DNA of 64,000 bases. Origin: Candidatus Aenigmatarchaeota archaeon. GTDB lineage: Archaea; Aenigmatarchaeota; Aenigmatarchaeia; Aenigmatarchaeales; Aenigmatarchaeaceae. Location of the stretch: assembly GCA_046760145.1 (NCBI GenBank), contig JBHIDO010000001.1:947-64946 (forward strand), given 5' to 3'. Position numbers and translations under genes: made by a program. Positions 9,509 to 19,131 of the stretch are shown piece by piece. Positions within the stretch are counted from its first letter, which is position 1. The number at the start of each line of letters is the position of its first letter. The notes under the pieces are model-generated. The model made no database searches. It was not told where the DNA came from and was given only the letters and a program-made list of their open reading frames with translations.

Positions 9509-10594
9509 CTAACTCTCAACAAACAAAGTCTTAACCTTAGGTGTCAAAGCATACATATAGGCCTTACCACGAGCTTCTCTTTGGACAAATCCTTCTAGCA
9601 TCATCCTTTTCAAAATATTATTAACAGACCTTATTGCATGACCTTTGGATTTATATCCTTTCATTTCTAATTCTTCAACAATAGCTGTTGGTGTTAACCA
9701 GTCTCTTCTAGATAATAAGTCTATTATTTTTCTTTGCTTATAAGGTAAATCTCTTAATTTTTCTTCAGAAGGTGGTTTTGGTGAAAAAGTAACTACTGGT
9801 TCTTCAACTCTCACTTTTTTTTCAGGAATTTCCCTTAGTTCTTCTATATCAAACTCATCAATCATATCCCTTTTATTTTCTAAAGCTCTTGAAACAAGCT
9901 TATCGCATAATTTTATTACTTCTCTTGGAAATCCACCTGTTCTCTGATAAATTTTATCTAGAGCCTGGACTGTGAACGGAACAGTACCTCTTCCACCAAC
10001 ATCAGCTATTCTTTTTTGAATTAAATCTCTTACATCTTCTTGATTTAAAGATATTAGAGATATACGGGTGGTTATTCTTTGATTCAAAGTTTCAATCTCC
10101 TTTAATTTTTCTTCTAGAATAGGCATTCCAGCAATAATTAAACTAACATTATCTATTTGATCAACCAAAACTCTTAACCATTCTAAAACTTCTCTGTTAG
10201 TTTCATGAGCTTCATCTAATAGTAAAATTAATTGGTTTCCTTTTAGTTTTTTATTTACATATGCTGGTAAATTGAAAAGTGAGGGATATTTTCTAAAAAT
10301 TCTTTCCCAGAAACTTAAAGGAAAATTTTCAGTAAAAATATTTATAAAATAATCTGGTTTTTCAGGTGGTTTGCTTATGTATAAAGCATGTTGGTGGGCA
10401 TTCATTCTCAACCATTTTAAAAACGTTGTCTTACCAGAACCAGTATGACCTGTTATTAGAGCTATTTTATGCTTATTTTCTATGTGTTTTAAAGAAGCTC
10501 TTACTTGCTCTTCATAACCAGTAAATAATTTAGGATCAATTTTTAAAGTAAAGGGATTTTCTTTCCACCCCCATTTTTGGTATCCTTCTGCCAT
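9509..10594 (-). CDS. Divergent Orc1/Cdc6-like AAA+ ATPase with C-terminal winged helix
   Basis: Walker A GHTGSGKTT, Walker B LLLDEAHE. N-terminal DPKLFTGYEEQ positionally analogous to the Cdc6 P..L.HRE.Q segment. C-terminal wH (KQRKIIDLLSRRDWLTPTAIVEEL...). Adjacent to iteron array 11360-11640. Confidence 0.5.
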   Translation of the reverse strand: MAEGYQKWGWKENPFTLKIDPKLFTGYEEQVRASLKHIENKHKIALITGHTGSGKTTFLKWLRMNAHQHALYISKPPEKPDYFINIFTENFPLSFWERIFRKYPSLFNLPAYVNKKLKGNQLILLLDEAHETNREVLEWLRVLVDQIDNVSLIIAGMPILEEKLKEIETLNQRITTRISLISLNQEDVRDLIQKRIADVGGRGTVPFTVQALDKIYQRTGGFPREVIKLCDKLVSRALENKRDMIDEFDIEELREIPEKKVRVEEPVVTFSPKPPSEEKLRDLPYKQRKIIDLLSRRDWLTPTAIVEELEMKGYKSKGHAIRSVNNILKRMMLEGFVQREARGKAYMYALTPKVKTLFVES

Positions 10595-11353
10595 TTACTC
10601 ACCAAAGTTAAAAAGAGAGTATTTTTCTCTTCCCTTAGTATCTTTATAAATAACTTCAATCAAGCGCGTTTTTTCTTCCATTTTAGGAATAAATTCCGAT
10701 GGAATTGGTATCCATCTTAGCTTTTTCCATTTCTTAAACTGAGCTTTTTTCTTCCTTGAAATTAACTTATTCTCACAAAAGAGACGGGTAACCCAACAAT
10801 TTCTACCTGTAACTCTATATTCCCAGCTAGAATCATTACCAGTTTTACCAATAAACCCCACCTTGAAAAAATTCTTAACTGTTTCAAGAATTTTTCTATC
10901 ATCTTGTGCAAGAGAAAACATTGGGTATTTATATTTTCCGGAACTGCATGTAAATGATCCTTCTGCTTCAATAAAACCAATTAACCAGTCAGAAAAATTA
11001 ACTTCTTTATAATTTGCTTCTCTTTTATTGAACGGTATCCGTTTTAATTGTTTCCAATTTTCAAATTGATTAGTTCTCCAGTCTAAAATCAGTCTACCTT
11101 CACAAAAATCTCGAATAGGCCAGCAGTTTCGACCACATACATTGTAAAACCATCCATGTTTTTTATCTGAATAAATAATAGAACCAACGTTGAAAAATTT
11201 CTTTAAAAACAACAAACTCATGATATCTTGTTGAAATACAACAAAGCTAGGATATTTTTTGTTATTTGAACAAAAAGAACCATCACCTTCTATGAAACCA
11301 AGTATCCAATCTGGTGAAACTTGTAAATCTTCTGATTTAAATTTCATAAACAT
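10595..11353 (-). mobile_element. Free-standing double-motif LAGLIDADG homing endonuclease
   Basis: Two LAGLIDADG motifs (ILGFIEGDGSF and LIGFIEAEGSF) about 100 aa apart. 252 aa. Own ATG, no upstream coding sequence. Same reading frame as the downstream Orc-like gene, separated by one TAA. Confidence 0.8.
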
Positions 11354-11359
11354 AATAAA

Positions 11360-11640
11360 TATTCATGTGAACATCTATTTAAGCTTTTCTCATAAATGTG
11401 TGAAGATGTGAAGAAAATGTGAAGAATTTTTGTGAAGATGTGAATTTTATATGAAGAATGTGTGAAGATGTGAAAATGTTAGACTTTATTTCATATATTC
11501 ACATGAAGATGACATGAAGGTAACGTGAAGATGTGAATATCGTTAGTGTTATAATATGAACTTCATGTGAATATGTTTCGTTTGTGATATTATTGTGTGA
11601 CTTTTATGAGAACTTCATGTGAAGTTTTCGTGAAGCAAAT
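11360..11640. repeat. Iteron array: at least 4 full copies of GTGAAGATGTGAA plus about 6 half-sites (CATGTGAA / ATGAAGA / GAACTTCATGTGAA); candidate replication-origin recognition boxes
   Basis: Direct reading gives TGTGAAGATGTGAAG at about 11398, 11431, 11461 and 11524. Also CATGAAGATGACATGAAGG and GAACTTCATGTGAA twice. Non-coding, AT-rich, upstream of an Orc-like gene. Confidence 0.6.
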
Positions 11641-11790
11641 ATGAACTTCAAAAATTCTTAAAAACCTTTCAAAACAGCTATTTTTACGGCAAAAGACGTA
11701 AAGATTTTAAAAATAATTCGTCTATTGTCTACAAATATAATATCTAATAATCTTTATAAGTATATGCTACTAGTATAGTAATAGATACCT

Positions 11791-12093
11791 ATGAAAAAAA
11801 GAAAAATCAAAAGAAACAGAGGAGTTAGAAAGGGTTTTGACCCTAAAAAACTAGCTAAAATATGGAACGTATTAGCAGAAGCAGGAGATTGGTTACATGT
11901 AGCTGATATTTCTAGAAGAACAGGTATTCACGAAGCCACAGTAAGGTGGTATCTAGATCACTATCTTCAAAAGGCTATTGATGAAGAAAGAATCGTACCT
12001 AATATTAGATTAAGACTAGTTAAATTAAAACCTGGTGTTGATCTTAAATCGTATATAAAGGCTCTAAAAATGATTGAAAAGGTTAAAACATAA
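11791..12093 (+). CDS. Small basic winged-helix/HTH DNA-binding protein (hypothetical)
   Basis: Lys/Arg-rich N-terminus followed by WNVLAEAGDWLHVADISRRTGIHEATVRWYL (HTH-like). 100 aa. Confidence 0.4.
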   Translation: MKKRKIKRNRGVRKGFDPKKLAKIWNVLAEAGDWLHVADISRRTGIHEATVRWYLDHYLQKAIDEERIVPNIRLRLVKLKPGVDLKSYIKALKMIEKVKT

Positions 12094-12284
12094 TAAGTTA
12101 AGAAAATTATAGTACAATAGATTATGAACGCTATAATAGCAATACATCTAATATAACATATAAAAAGTTTTAAAAAGATTCATATGTATATACATATATA
12201 CAGATATGTGCACACTCATACACACCCTAAATACGACTTACAGCATCATTATTGGAGTTATTGTTGGTTGCGAGGAGTCGAAAA

Positions 12285-12428
12285 ATGGCAATTAAAAAAT
12301 CGATTGAAAGGAGAGAAAGATTAAATGGTAATAGTGTTATTGTTAGTGTACAGAAGAAAGAGATATCTGATAAGGAATTTATAAAAGCTATGAAACCTAT
12401 AATTAAGAAAATGTCTAAAGAAATCTAA
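12285..12428 (+). CDS. 47-aa small ORF, possible AbrB/MazE-like swapped-hairpin protein
   Basis: GAGGAG Shine-Dalgarno-like 8 nt upstream of ATG. Sequence MAIKKSIERRERLNGNSVIVSVQKKEISDKEF resembles AbrB/SpoVT-type beta-hairpin. Not in supplied ORF track (short). Confidence 0.25.
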   Translation: MAIKKSIERRERLNGNSVIVSVQKKEISDKEFIKAMKPIIKKMSKEI

Positions 12429-12985
12429 GGTTTTGATATATGTTTGTGTTCTTTTACACCATCATGTAAAAGTTTTTTATCTTTTGTTATAAGTATAAGA
12501 CCTAATTTTTTACATATATCTAAATGAATAACATTATTTACCTTGAACCTAAATCTATTTTTTTTGATCATATTATAAGTATCTTCATCTATGTTTATCT
12601 CTTTTATAGTTTTCATACCTAAATATTTCTCTAAATATTGCCACATTCTATCAATATCAGAAGGAGTTATGTGATCAAAATCAGTTCTAAGCCTTCTTGC
12701 AACTTCACATTTGGTGAGAACAGAACTATAAATCTTGTTTTTGTATGCAGGATTTTTAAAACGCTTTATAATGCGCGGTATCATAAATTTTCTTTTCTTT
12801 TTAAAGCTTTTAGCTATCTCCTTGAAGAAACCATATACTATATTTGTTTCTAAATAAACAGATTTCATATAACCACTTAATAATGAAAAAAATAAACTTA
12901 TAAAAATTTCTATTTTTAAAAAGAAGTTTTTAAAGATAAACGTTAAGTGTCTAAGCTTTCTATAAATAATATTATCACAAGTCAA
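12425..12985 (-). CDS. Hypothetical protein; C-terminal segment PIN-like (true start probably internal)
   Basis: C-terminus VIHLDICKKLGLILITKDKKL resembles the last PIN-domain motif. N-terminal about 60 aa is hydrophobic and low-complexity, probably not translated. Confidence 0.3.
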   Translation of the reverse strand: MTCDNIIYRKLRHLTFIFKNFFLKIEIFISLFFSLLSGYMKSVYLETNIVYGFFKEIAKSFKKKRKFMIPRIIKRFKNPAYKNKIYSSVLTKCEVARRLRTDFDHITPSDIDRMWQYLEKYLGMKTIKEINIDEDTYNMIKKNRFRFKVNNVIHLDICKKLGLILITKDKKLLHDGVKEHKHISKP

Positions 12986-13322
12986 TCCTCTTGGCTATGA
13001 TCTCGATTTGATCCTTATATTCTGAAACTCTTCCCAAAACTGTTATTTCATCACCATTTTCTAATTCATAGGCTTCTTCTATATTTGAATTTTTAAATAC
13101 TACTACCTGAATTTCTCCGGTATTATCAGCCACCTTTAGAAAAACATGACCATCTTTACTAACATAAACAGATGTAACCATTCCAGAGATTCTCTGTAAC
13201 TGTCCTATTTTAACATCTGATATCTTGACTGTTTCTATTGAAGACCTAGTTAAAAAGAATAAAGATACTATTCCTATGATAGCAATAACAATCGATGCTT
13301 TTAATAATTTCTTGCTTTCCAT
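12975..13322 (-). CDS. Membrane-anchored OB-fold (tRNA_anti-like) protein
   Basis: N-terminal signal anchor (LLKASIVIAIIGIVSLFFL) followed by OB-fold-like GMVTSVYVSKDGHVFLKVADNTGEIQVVVF. Confidence 0.45.
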   Translation of the reverse strand: MESKKLLKASIVIAIIGIVSLFFLTRSSIETVKISDVKIGQLQRISGMVTSVYVSKDGHVFLKVADNTGEIQVVVFKNSNIEEAYELENGDEITVLGRVSEYKDQIEIIAKRIDL

Positions 13323-13406
13323 GATTTTTATTGAAATTTAAAAAGAATATTGATTTTTTACTTAATAGAGTAGTAAATTTAAAAGTTTCCATATTAATCT
13401 TAAAAT

Positions 13407-13856
13407 ATGGGTTTATATTCAAAACTTCAAAGACATTTTCCTGAAGAATTGGAAAAACTAGTGCCAGAAGAAATAAAATATTTGGAAGACGAACCATTTA
13501 TGACAGAAAGCTGTGGTGCTTGCTCTCATCTTCGTTGGGGTAGCTGGACAAAAGCATTTGGAGGAGATCTTGTAGAAGATAGAGAATATGGTGAAATACC
13601 ATGTTGTTCAGAAGGAAATGAAATATGGGAAATGAGTGAAGCTCCAGATGCGGTTCCTTTAACACCTGAAGATGCTCTTGAGTGGTATGTTATAAAAAGC
13701 GAATCAAGAAACAGTGTTTGTAAAAGATATGATGGTTCAATACCTTATACTAAAAAAGAAATTGAAGATTTTATTAAGAAAAGGAATGAAATAATAAAAA
13801 AGGTTACTGGTTTTGATAGTTTGAGCAAACTTGAAGAATATCTTGAATCAAGTTAA
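13407..13856 (+). CDS. Acidic Cys-containing hypothetical protein
   Basis: 149-aa ORF; CGACSHLRW...CCSEG. No family recognised. Confidence 0.35.
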   Translation: MGLYSKLQRHFPEELEKLVPEEIKYLEDEPFMTESCGACSHLRWGSWTKAFGGDLVEDREYGEIPCCSEGNEIWEMSEAPDAVPLTPEDALEWYVIKSESRNSVCKRYDGSIPYTKKEIEDFIKKRNEIIKKVTGFDSLSKLEEYLESS

Positions 13857-14387
13857 TTTCGAAGAAAATATCTCTTTATAAACTGGTCCCCTCCTAGTCA
13901 AAACAGATTGAATCAAATCAATTTTATTAACTTCCATTTCACCAATTTCTGGATTCAAGAATTCTATTATTTTTACTAGTTCTTCTCTGTTTCTTCCAGA
14001 TCTAACTCTTCCTAATGTTAAATGCGGAACAAACCTATCTTTTTTAAATCCTAAATTTTCTAAGGAATTATTTAATTCACTAGCAATAGCTTCTAACATT
14101 TTCCCATCTTCAACTCCTAACCATACAACTCTTATATAAGATTTACTTGGAAAAACTCCTATTCCCTTTATATTTATTTTAAATTTTTCAAATTTTTCAG
14201 CTGTTTCTTGAATTATTTCTTTGATTTTATCTATTTTTTCATCAGAAACCTCTCCTAAAAATTTTAAACAGAAATGCAAATTATCTTTTTCAACAAATTT
14301 TATGTCAAAATCTTTGAATTTTTCTTGAATTTTTATTATTTTTCTTTTTAAATCATCAGAAATTTCTATTGAAATGAATAATCTCAT
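13848..14387 (-). CDS. 2H phosphoesterase (RNA 2',3'-cyclic phosphodiesterase / LigT-ThpR family)
   Basis: Two H-x-T/S-like motifs about 80 aa apart (LHFCLKFLGE and PHLTLGRV). 179 aa, typical size. Confidence 0.5.
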   Translation of the reverse strand: MRLFISIEISDDLKRKIIKIQEKFKDFDIKFVEKDNLHFCLKFLGEVSDEKIDKIKEIIQETAEKFEKFKINIKGIGVFPSKSYIRVVWLGVEDGKMLEAIASELNNSLENLGFKKDRFVPHLTLGRVRSGRNREELVKIIEFLNPEIGEMEVNKIDLIQSVLTRRGPVYKEIFSSKLT

Positions 14388-14493
14388 AAAAAAGCTTTTA
14401 TGTAAAATGGTATTTAAAACTTCTTTTGTAAAATATAAATTTTTATAAGTCTTATTGTGTATATAAGTATCTGCGCTTTTTTGGAGTGATATT

Positions 14494-16632
14494 ATGTTTA
14501 CTAAAATTCGTAAGAGAGATGGGAGGATAGTTGATTTTCAACCAGAAAAAATTACAAATGCTATTTTTAAAGCAGCTGTTGCTGTTGGTGGTTCTGATAG
14601 AGAACTAGCAGAAAAATTGTCAAAAAAGGTTGTTGAAATAGCAGAAAGCAGATTTAAAGATAAAACACCAAATGTAGAAGATATACAAGATATTGTTGAA
14701 GAAGTTTTAATTAAATCTGGTCATGATAGAACTGCTAAAGCTTATATATTATATAGACAAGAAAGGAAAAATATCAGAGATGCTAAAGCTGTTTTCTATG
14801 GTGTAACAGATGATTTGAAATTATCATTAAACGCAATAAAAGTTTTAGAAAAAAGATATTTAATGAAAGATGAAAATGGTAAAGTGATAGAAACTCCAAA
14901 ACAATTATTTAGAAGAGTTGCAAAAGCAATTGCATCTGCAGACTTGTTATATGATCAGAATGCTGATGTTAAAAAAACTGAAAGAGATTTCTATAATATG
15001 ATGGCAAATTTAGAATTCTTGCCAAATTCTCCTACATTAATGAATGCTGGAACAGAATTAGGACAATTATCTGCTTGTTTTGTTTTGCCAGTAGGAGATT
15101 CAATGGAAGAGATATTTGAATCAATAAAACACACCGCACTAATTCATAAATCTGGTGGTGGAACAGGTTTTAGTTTTTCAAGATTAAGACCAAAAGGAGA
15201 TATAGTTAAGACAACTGGAGGAATTGCGTCTGGTCCTTTGACGTTTATGAGTGTTTTTAATTCTGCAACCGAAGCTGTTAAACAGGGTGGTAGAAGAAGG
15301 GGAGCAAACATGGGAATGTTAAGAGTTGATCATCCTGATATTCTTGATTTTATAATTGCAAAGGAAAAGGAAGGAATTTTCAATAATTTCAATTTATCGG
15401 TTGCATTAACAGAAGACTTTATGAAAGCTGTTGAAAATAATAAAGAATACAAATTAATTAACCCCAGAACAGAAGAGATTGTAAAGGAAATTAATGCAAA
15501 AACTGTTTTTGATATGATTGTTGCAATGGCTTGGAAAAACGGAGAACCGGGGATAGTGTTTCTTGATAGGATTAACAAAGATAATCCAACCCCCCATTTA
15601 GGAGAAATTGAATCAACAAACCCCTGCGGCGAACAACCATTATTACCATATGAATCCTGCAATTTGGGGTCAATTAATCTAGCAAAAATGGTTGAATATG
15701 GGGAAATTGACTGGTACAAATTAAGAGGAATTGTTCATAATGCGGTCCATTTTCTTGATAATGTTATTGACCTTAACAAATACCCCATTGACGAAATTGA
15801 GGAAATGACAAAAATTAACAGAAAGATTGGTTTGGGTGTTATGGGGTTTGCAGACATGCTAATTCAATTAGGAATTCCTTATAATTCTGATGAAGCTGTT
15901 GTATTAGCTGAAAAAATAATGCAATTTATTTATGTTGAAGCAAGGAAAAAGTCAGAAGAACTAGGAAAACAAAGAGGATCTTTCCCTGCATTTGAAAAAA
16001 GTAAATTAAACAACGGAAATTATGAAGCAATGAGAAACGCAACTGTTACAACAGTAGCACCCACCGGATCAATAAGTATAATAGCTGGTTGCTCTTCAGG
16101 AATAGAACCATTGTTTGCAATAAGTTTTGTTAGAAATGTGATGGAAGGAACAGATTTACTAGAAATAAATCCAATCTTTGAAGCATTAGCAAGAAAAGAA
16201 GGGTTTTATTCACATGAATTAATGAGAGAAATTGCAAAAGGGGGTAGTTTAAAAGATTTAGAAATACCAGAAATAATTAAAAAAGTTTTTGTAACTGCTC
16301 ATGATATTTCACCGGAATGGCATATAAAAATACAAGCAGCTTTTCAGAAATATACTGACAATGCTGTTTCTAAAACAATTAATTTCCCACAAAATGCAAC
16401 TCCAGATGACATTGCAAATGCCTATTGGTTAGCTTATCAACTTGGTTGTAAAGGATTAACGGTTTATAGAGATAAGAGTAGGGAAACACAAGTCCTTAAT
16501 ATAATGGAAGAAGAGAAAAGGAAAATAATAATTCCAGAAAAACAAAATCCTAAATCAGTAAAAATTCCTAAAAAAGTAAAAGTAAAAGCTGATTCAGATT
16601 ATTCTGGTGGTTGTAGTAATTGTAAGGTTTAG
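14494..16632 (+). CDS. nrdJ: Ribonucleoside-triphosphate/diphosphate reductase, adenosylcobalamin-dependent (class II, NrdJ) with N-terminal ATP-cone
   Basis: ATP-cone start ([24 protein letters not shown]). Catalytic [22 protein letters not shown]-terminal CSNCKV. 712 aa. Confidence 0.85.
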   Translation: MFTKIRKRDGRIVDFQPEKITNAIFKAAVAVGGSDRELAEKLSKKVVEIAESRFKDKTPNVEDIQDIVEEVLIKSGHDRTAKAYILYRQERKNIRDAKAVFYGVTDDLKLSLNAIKVLEKRYLMKDENGKVIETPKQLFRRVAKAIASADLLYDQNADVKKTERDFYNMMANLEFLPNSPTLMNAGTELGQLSACFVLPVGDSMEEIFESIKHTALIHKSGGGTGFSFSRLRPKGDIVKTTGGIASGPLTFMSVFNSATEAVKQGGRRRGANMGMLRVDHPDILDFIIAKEKEGIFNNFNLSVALTEDFMKAVENNKEYKLINPRTEEIVKEINAKTVFDMIVAMAWKNGEPGIVFLDRINKDNPTPHLGEIESTNPCGEQPLLPYESCNLGSINLAKMVEYGEIDWYKLRGIVHNAVHFLDNVIDLNKYPIDEIEEMTKINRKIGLGVMGFADMLIQLGIPYNSDEAVVLAEKIMQFIYVEARKKSEELGKQRGSFPAFEKSKLNNGNYEAMRNATVTTVAPTGSISIIAGCSSGIEPLFAISFVRNVMEGTDLLEINPIFEALARKEGFYSHELMREIAKGGSLKDLEIPEIIKKVFVTAHDISPEWHIKIQAAFQKYTDNAVSKTINFPQNATPDDIANAYWLAYQLGCKGLTVYRDKSRETQVLNIMEEEKRKIIIPEKQNPKSVKIPKKVKVKADSDYSGGCSNCKV

Positions 16633-16862
16633 AATTTCGGACTATAATGTGTTTTAGTTTTCTTAATACCATTTATTGTTCTTATTTTATTGAAAATTAA
16701 ATCAATAAGATGTTCATAATTTCTTACTTCTACCATAAGAATTGCATCATCTGTTCCAAATAAAGCGTATGATTCTTTAATTTCTTCATATCTTCTTAGA
16801 GACCCTACTATTTCTTTGTAAGGTTTATTCAACTTCAAGAAAATAATTGCTCTATCATCCAT
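16629..16862 (-). CDS. Stand-alone AsnC/Lrp-type ligand-binding (RAM) domain protein
   Basis: 77 aa. [42 protein letters not shown] matches the C-terminal regulatory domain of Lrp/AsnC, without HTH. Confidence 0.5.
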   Translation of the reverse strand: MDDRAIIFLKLNKPYKEIVGSLRRYEEIKESYALFGTDDAILMVEVRNYEHLIDLIFNKIRTINGIKKTKTHYSPKF

Positions 16863-16885
16863 ATTTATTAATTGAACAAGAAAAT

Positions 16886-17839
16886 TTAAATTATTAATTT
16901 TCCATTTTTCATAATTAATTTCTTACCAAACCAGATTGTAGGTTTTTTAATAATTCCGTCTAAATGAACATTACTCTTATTTTTTCCACCAAGAGATTTA
17001 TTATCCCCAAATGCAACATGACATGTCCCCATAACCTTTTCATCTAATAAAACATTTCCAATAATCTTAGCTTTTGAATTTAATCCAATAGAAAATTCAG
17101 CTATTGTAGTTGAATTTTTATCAGATTTTTTAAAAATATTTTTTAATTTATTTGCATTTTTTCCAAATATATTAATTATTTTTCCATTTTCCACATCAAT
17201 TATTAACGGGGATTTTAAAACCCCTACTCCAACCATTGCACCATCTATTACTAGTCTACCGTTTGATCCGTTTTCTAGTGGTGCTATCCCACATTCCCCT
17301 GCCGGTAAATTATGCAAACTTCCAATATGATCCATTATCCCGTCATCTGACTGTGGTTCTCTTTTATCATATTTTATTTTGATATTTGTTCCATTTTTTG
17401 TTTTAATTTTAATAATAGAATATCTTTTATAATATTTTGATAATTTATTACAGATTTTTTGTAATTTTTTATAATTAATATTTAATGCTGGTATCATTTT
17501 TCTTGTTATATCTGGCATTGTTGCAATTCTTGCATTTTTTCTAGCTTTTCTAATAGCTTTTGTATGAGTTAGAGAAATTGTTGTAATACCTAAAATAATA
17601 TCATATTTTTTCATTAATCTTATTACATTTTGTGGTGGTTCTCTTCTAGTTTGTTTAGCTACCTTTATTTTAACTAATTTGATATTATCAGAAATCTTCT
17701 TACATTCATTATAAAACAATTTTGCAATTTCTTCTTTATTTTTATCATATATTATTAAAACTTTTTCTTTGGGTTTTAATAAAATTGCATTTTTTACTGC
17801 ATTTTCAATTGCTTTCATTAATATCACATTGTAGGACAT
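16886..17839 (-). CDS. Aminopeptidase, M29 (AmpS/aminopeptidase T)-like
   Basis: C-terminal GTCHVAFGDNKSLGGKNKSNVHLDG resembles the M29 HiAxG...N.S..H.D metal-site motif. Co-oriented with tldE/tldD. Confidence 0.45.
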   Translation of the reverse strand: MSYNVILMKAIENAVKNAILLKPKEKVLIIYDKNKEEIAKLFYNECKKISDNIKLVKIKVAKQTRREPPQNVIRLMKKYDIILGITTISLTHTKAIRKARKNARIATMPDITRKMIPALNINYKKLQKICNKLSKYYKRYSIIKIKTKNGTNIKIKYDKREPQSDDGIMDHIGSLHNLPAGECGIAPLENGSNGRLVIDGAMVGVGVLKSPLIIDVENGKIINIFGKNANKLKNIFKKSDKNSTTIAEFSIGLNSKAKIIGNVLLDEKVMGTCHVAFGDNKSLGGKNKSNVHLDGIIKKPTIWFGKKLIMKNGKLII

Positions 17840-19131
17840 GTTATATTAACATTTTTCACCAAAACAAATGGTGTAAGAACTGGAGTTTCAACTTCCCACC
17901 ACTGAATCCATTCTGGTTTATTAGAAATAGCTATGATGTTTTTTAAAATTCTTTCTAAGTTATCTGTAATTCTAATTCCTTTCAGGGATTTGGTTATATT
18001 CCCGTTTTTTATTAAAAAAATTCCATCTCTGGGAATTGTTGAAAAATCTCCTGTTCTGTAATTTTGAAATCTTGTATACCAAACATTTGTTATATATAGC
18101 CCTTCTTTAACCTTTTTAAATAATTTTTCTTTTGAAAATTTTCCAGGTTTTAAAATTATATTTGTTGGTATTGGAGCAATTAAACCAGCATTTCCTGTTG
18201 ACTTTGTTTTATATTTCTTTGCAGTAGACGTATTATGTAAATAGGTTTTTAAAATTCCTTTATTAATAATATTTGTTTTTTGGGTTGGATAACCTTCTGC
18301 ATCAAACATAGAAGAATGAAAACCTCCTTCTATACTTCCATTATCTGCTAAGTTAACTATTTTACTCCCTACTTCTTTTCCTAGTTTTTCTGCTAGAAAT
18401 GAAAATCCAGCATCAACTGCAAAAGCTGATGAAAATCTTCCAACAAGATTTAATAAATTAGCAATTGGCAATGAATCAAATATTACATCAAATTTACCCT
18501 TTCTACCTTTTTTGGGTTTTTTTGCTAATTTAGATATTAAACCCGCTTTTTCTCCTGCTTTTTCAGGATTAAAATTATTCAAGGTTCTAGCACAAGAAAC
18601 AGCATGACCAGATTCATCTTTTTCATTAAAAGCTCTTATGTAAATTTGGATGGTTGTAGATTTTTCTGATGCAGAAACATTTGAAGATGTTTCTAAATTA
18701 TTTTCAAATGAAGTTGTATAAAGGGTTCCTGCTGTTTTTTTACTATTTTGTAAAGCAGAATTAATTGCTGTTTGAACTTTATCTAAAATGTTTTCAGATA
18801 TATTTTCTATTTTTTTATCATAAAGATTTGGAATTTTTTTATATTTGAATGGGCCTTGTGCAATTCCAAAATAATCTGAACTTGGTTTTGTGGCCTTTGC
18901 ATATTTAATTAATTTTTTAATTGTTTCATTAACTGATTTTTCAGACAAATCATCTATTGTGGTTTGTACAACTCTACCTTTCCATGTTAAGAAAATATTT
19001 GACCTTAAAACATTCCAATTTTGTATAGCTGTTATGGAATTGTTTGCAAATTTTACTTGATTAGCTTTTCCTTTGGTGGTTTGAACTATTACATCATCTG
19101 CTCCTATTTTTAATGCTTTTTTAATTATCAT
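17824..19131 (-). CDS. tldE: TldE/PmbA-family metallopeptidase partner (start moved to internal MIIKKALKIG giving ATGA overlap with tldD)
   Basis: PmbA/TldD-fold length and C-terminal GGFHSSMFDAEGYPTQKTNIINKGILKTYLHN. Lacks HExxxH. Confidence 0.7.
   Translation of the reverse strand: MIIKKALKIGADDVIVQTTKGKANQVKFANNSITAIQNWNVLRSNIFLTWKGRVVQTTIDDLSEKSVNETIKKLIKYAKATKPSSDYFGIAQGPFKYKKIPNLYDKKIENISENILDKVQTAINSALQNSKKTAGTLYTTSFENNLETSSNVSASEKSTTIQIYIRAFNEKDESGHAVSCARTLNNFNPEKAGEKAGLISKLAKKPKKGRKGKFDVIFDSLPIANLLNLVGRFSSAFAVDAGFSFLAEKLGKEVGSKIVNLADNGSIEGGFHSSMFDAEGYPTQKTNIINKGILKTYLHNTSTAKKYKTKSTGNAGLIAPIPTNIILKPGKFSKEKLFKKVKEGLYITNVWYTRFQNYRTGDFSTIPRDGIFLIKNGNITKSLKGIRITDNLERILKNIIAISNKPEWIQWWEVETPVLTPFVLVKNVNITCPTM

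Noticed and set aside
10595-11353. LAGLIDADG ORF considered as an intein inside the Orc-like gene
   Set aside because: It has its own ATG preceded by non-coding repeat DNA and no N-extein. It is terminated by TAA before the ATPase ATG. No intein splicing blocks (N-terminal Cys/Ser, C-terminal HN+Cys/Ser/Thr) at the junctions.
11360-11640. Short direct repeats considered as a CRISPR array
   Set aside because: Repeat unit is only 13 nt, spacing is irregular (0-30 nt), no spacer/repeat periodicity and no cas genes. Fits iterons or ORB-like sites instead.
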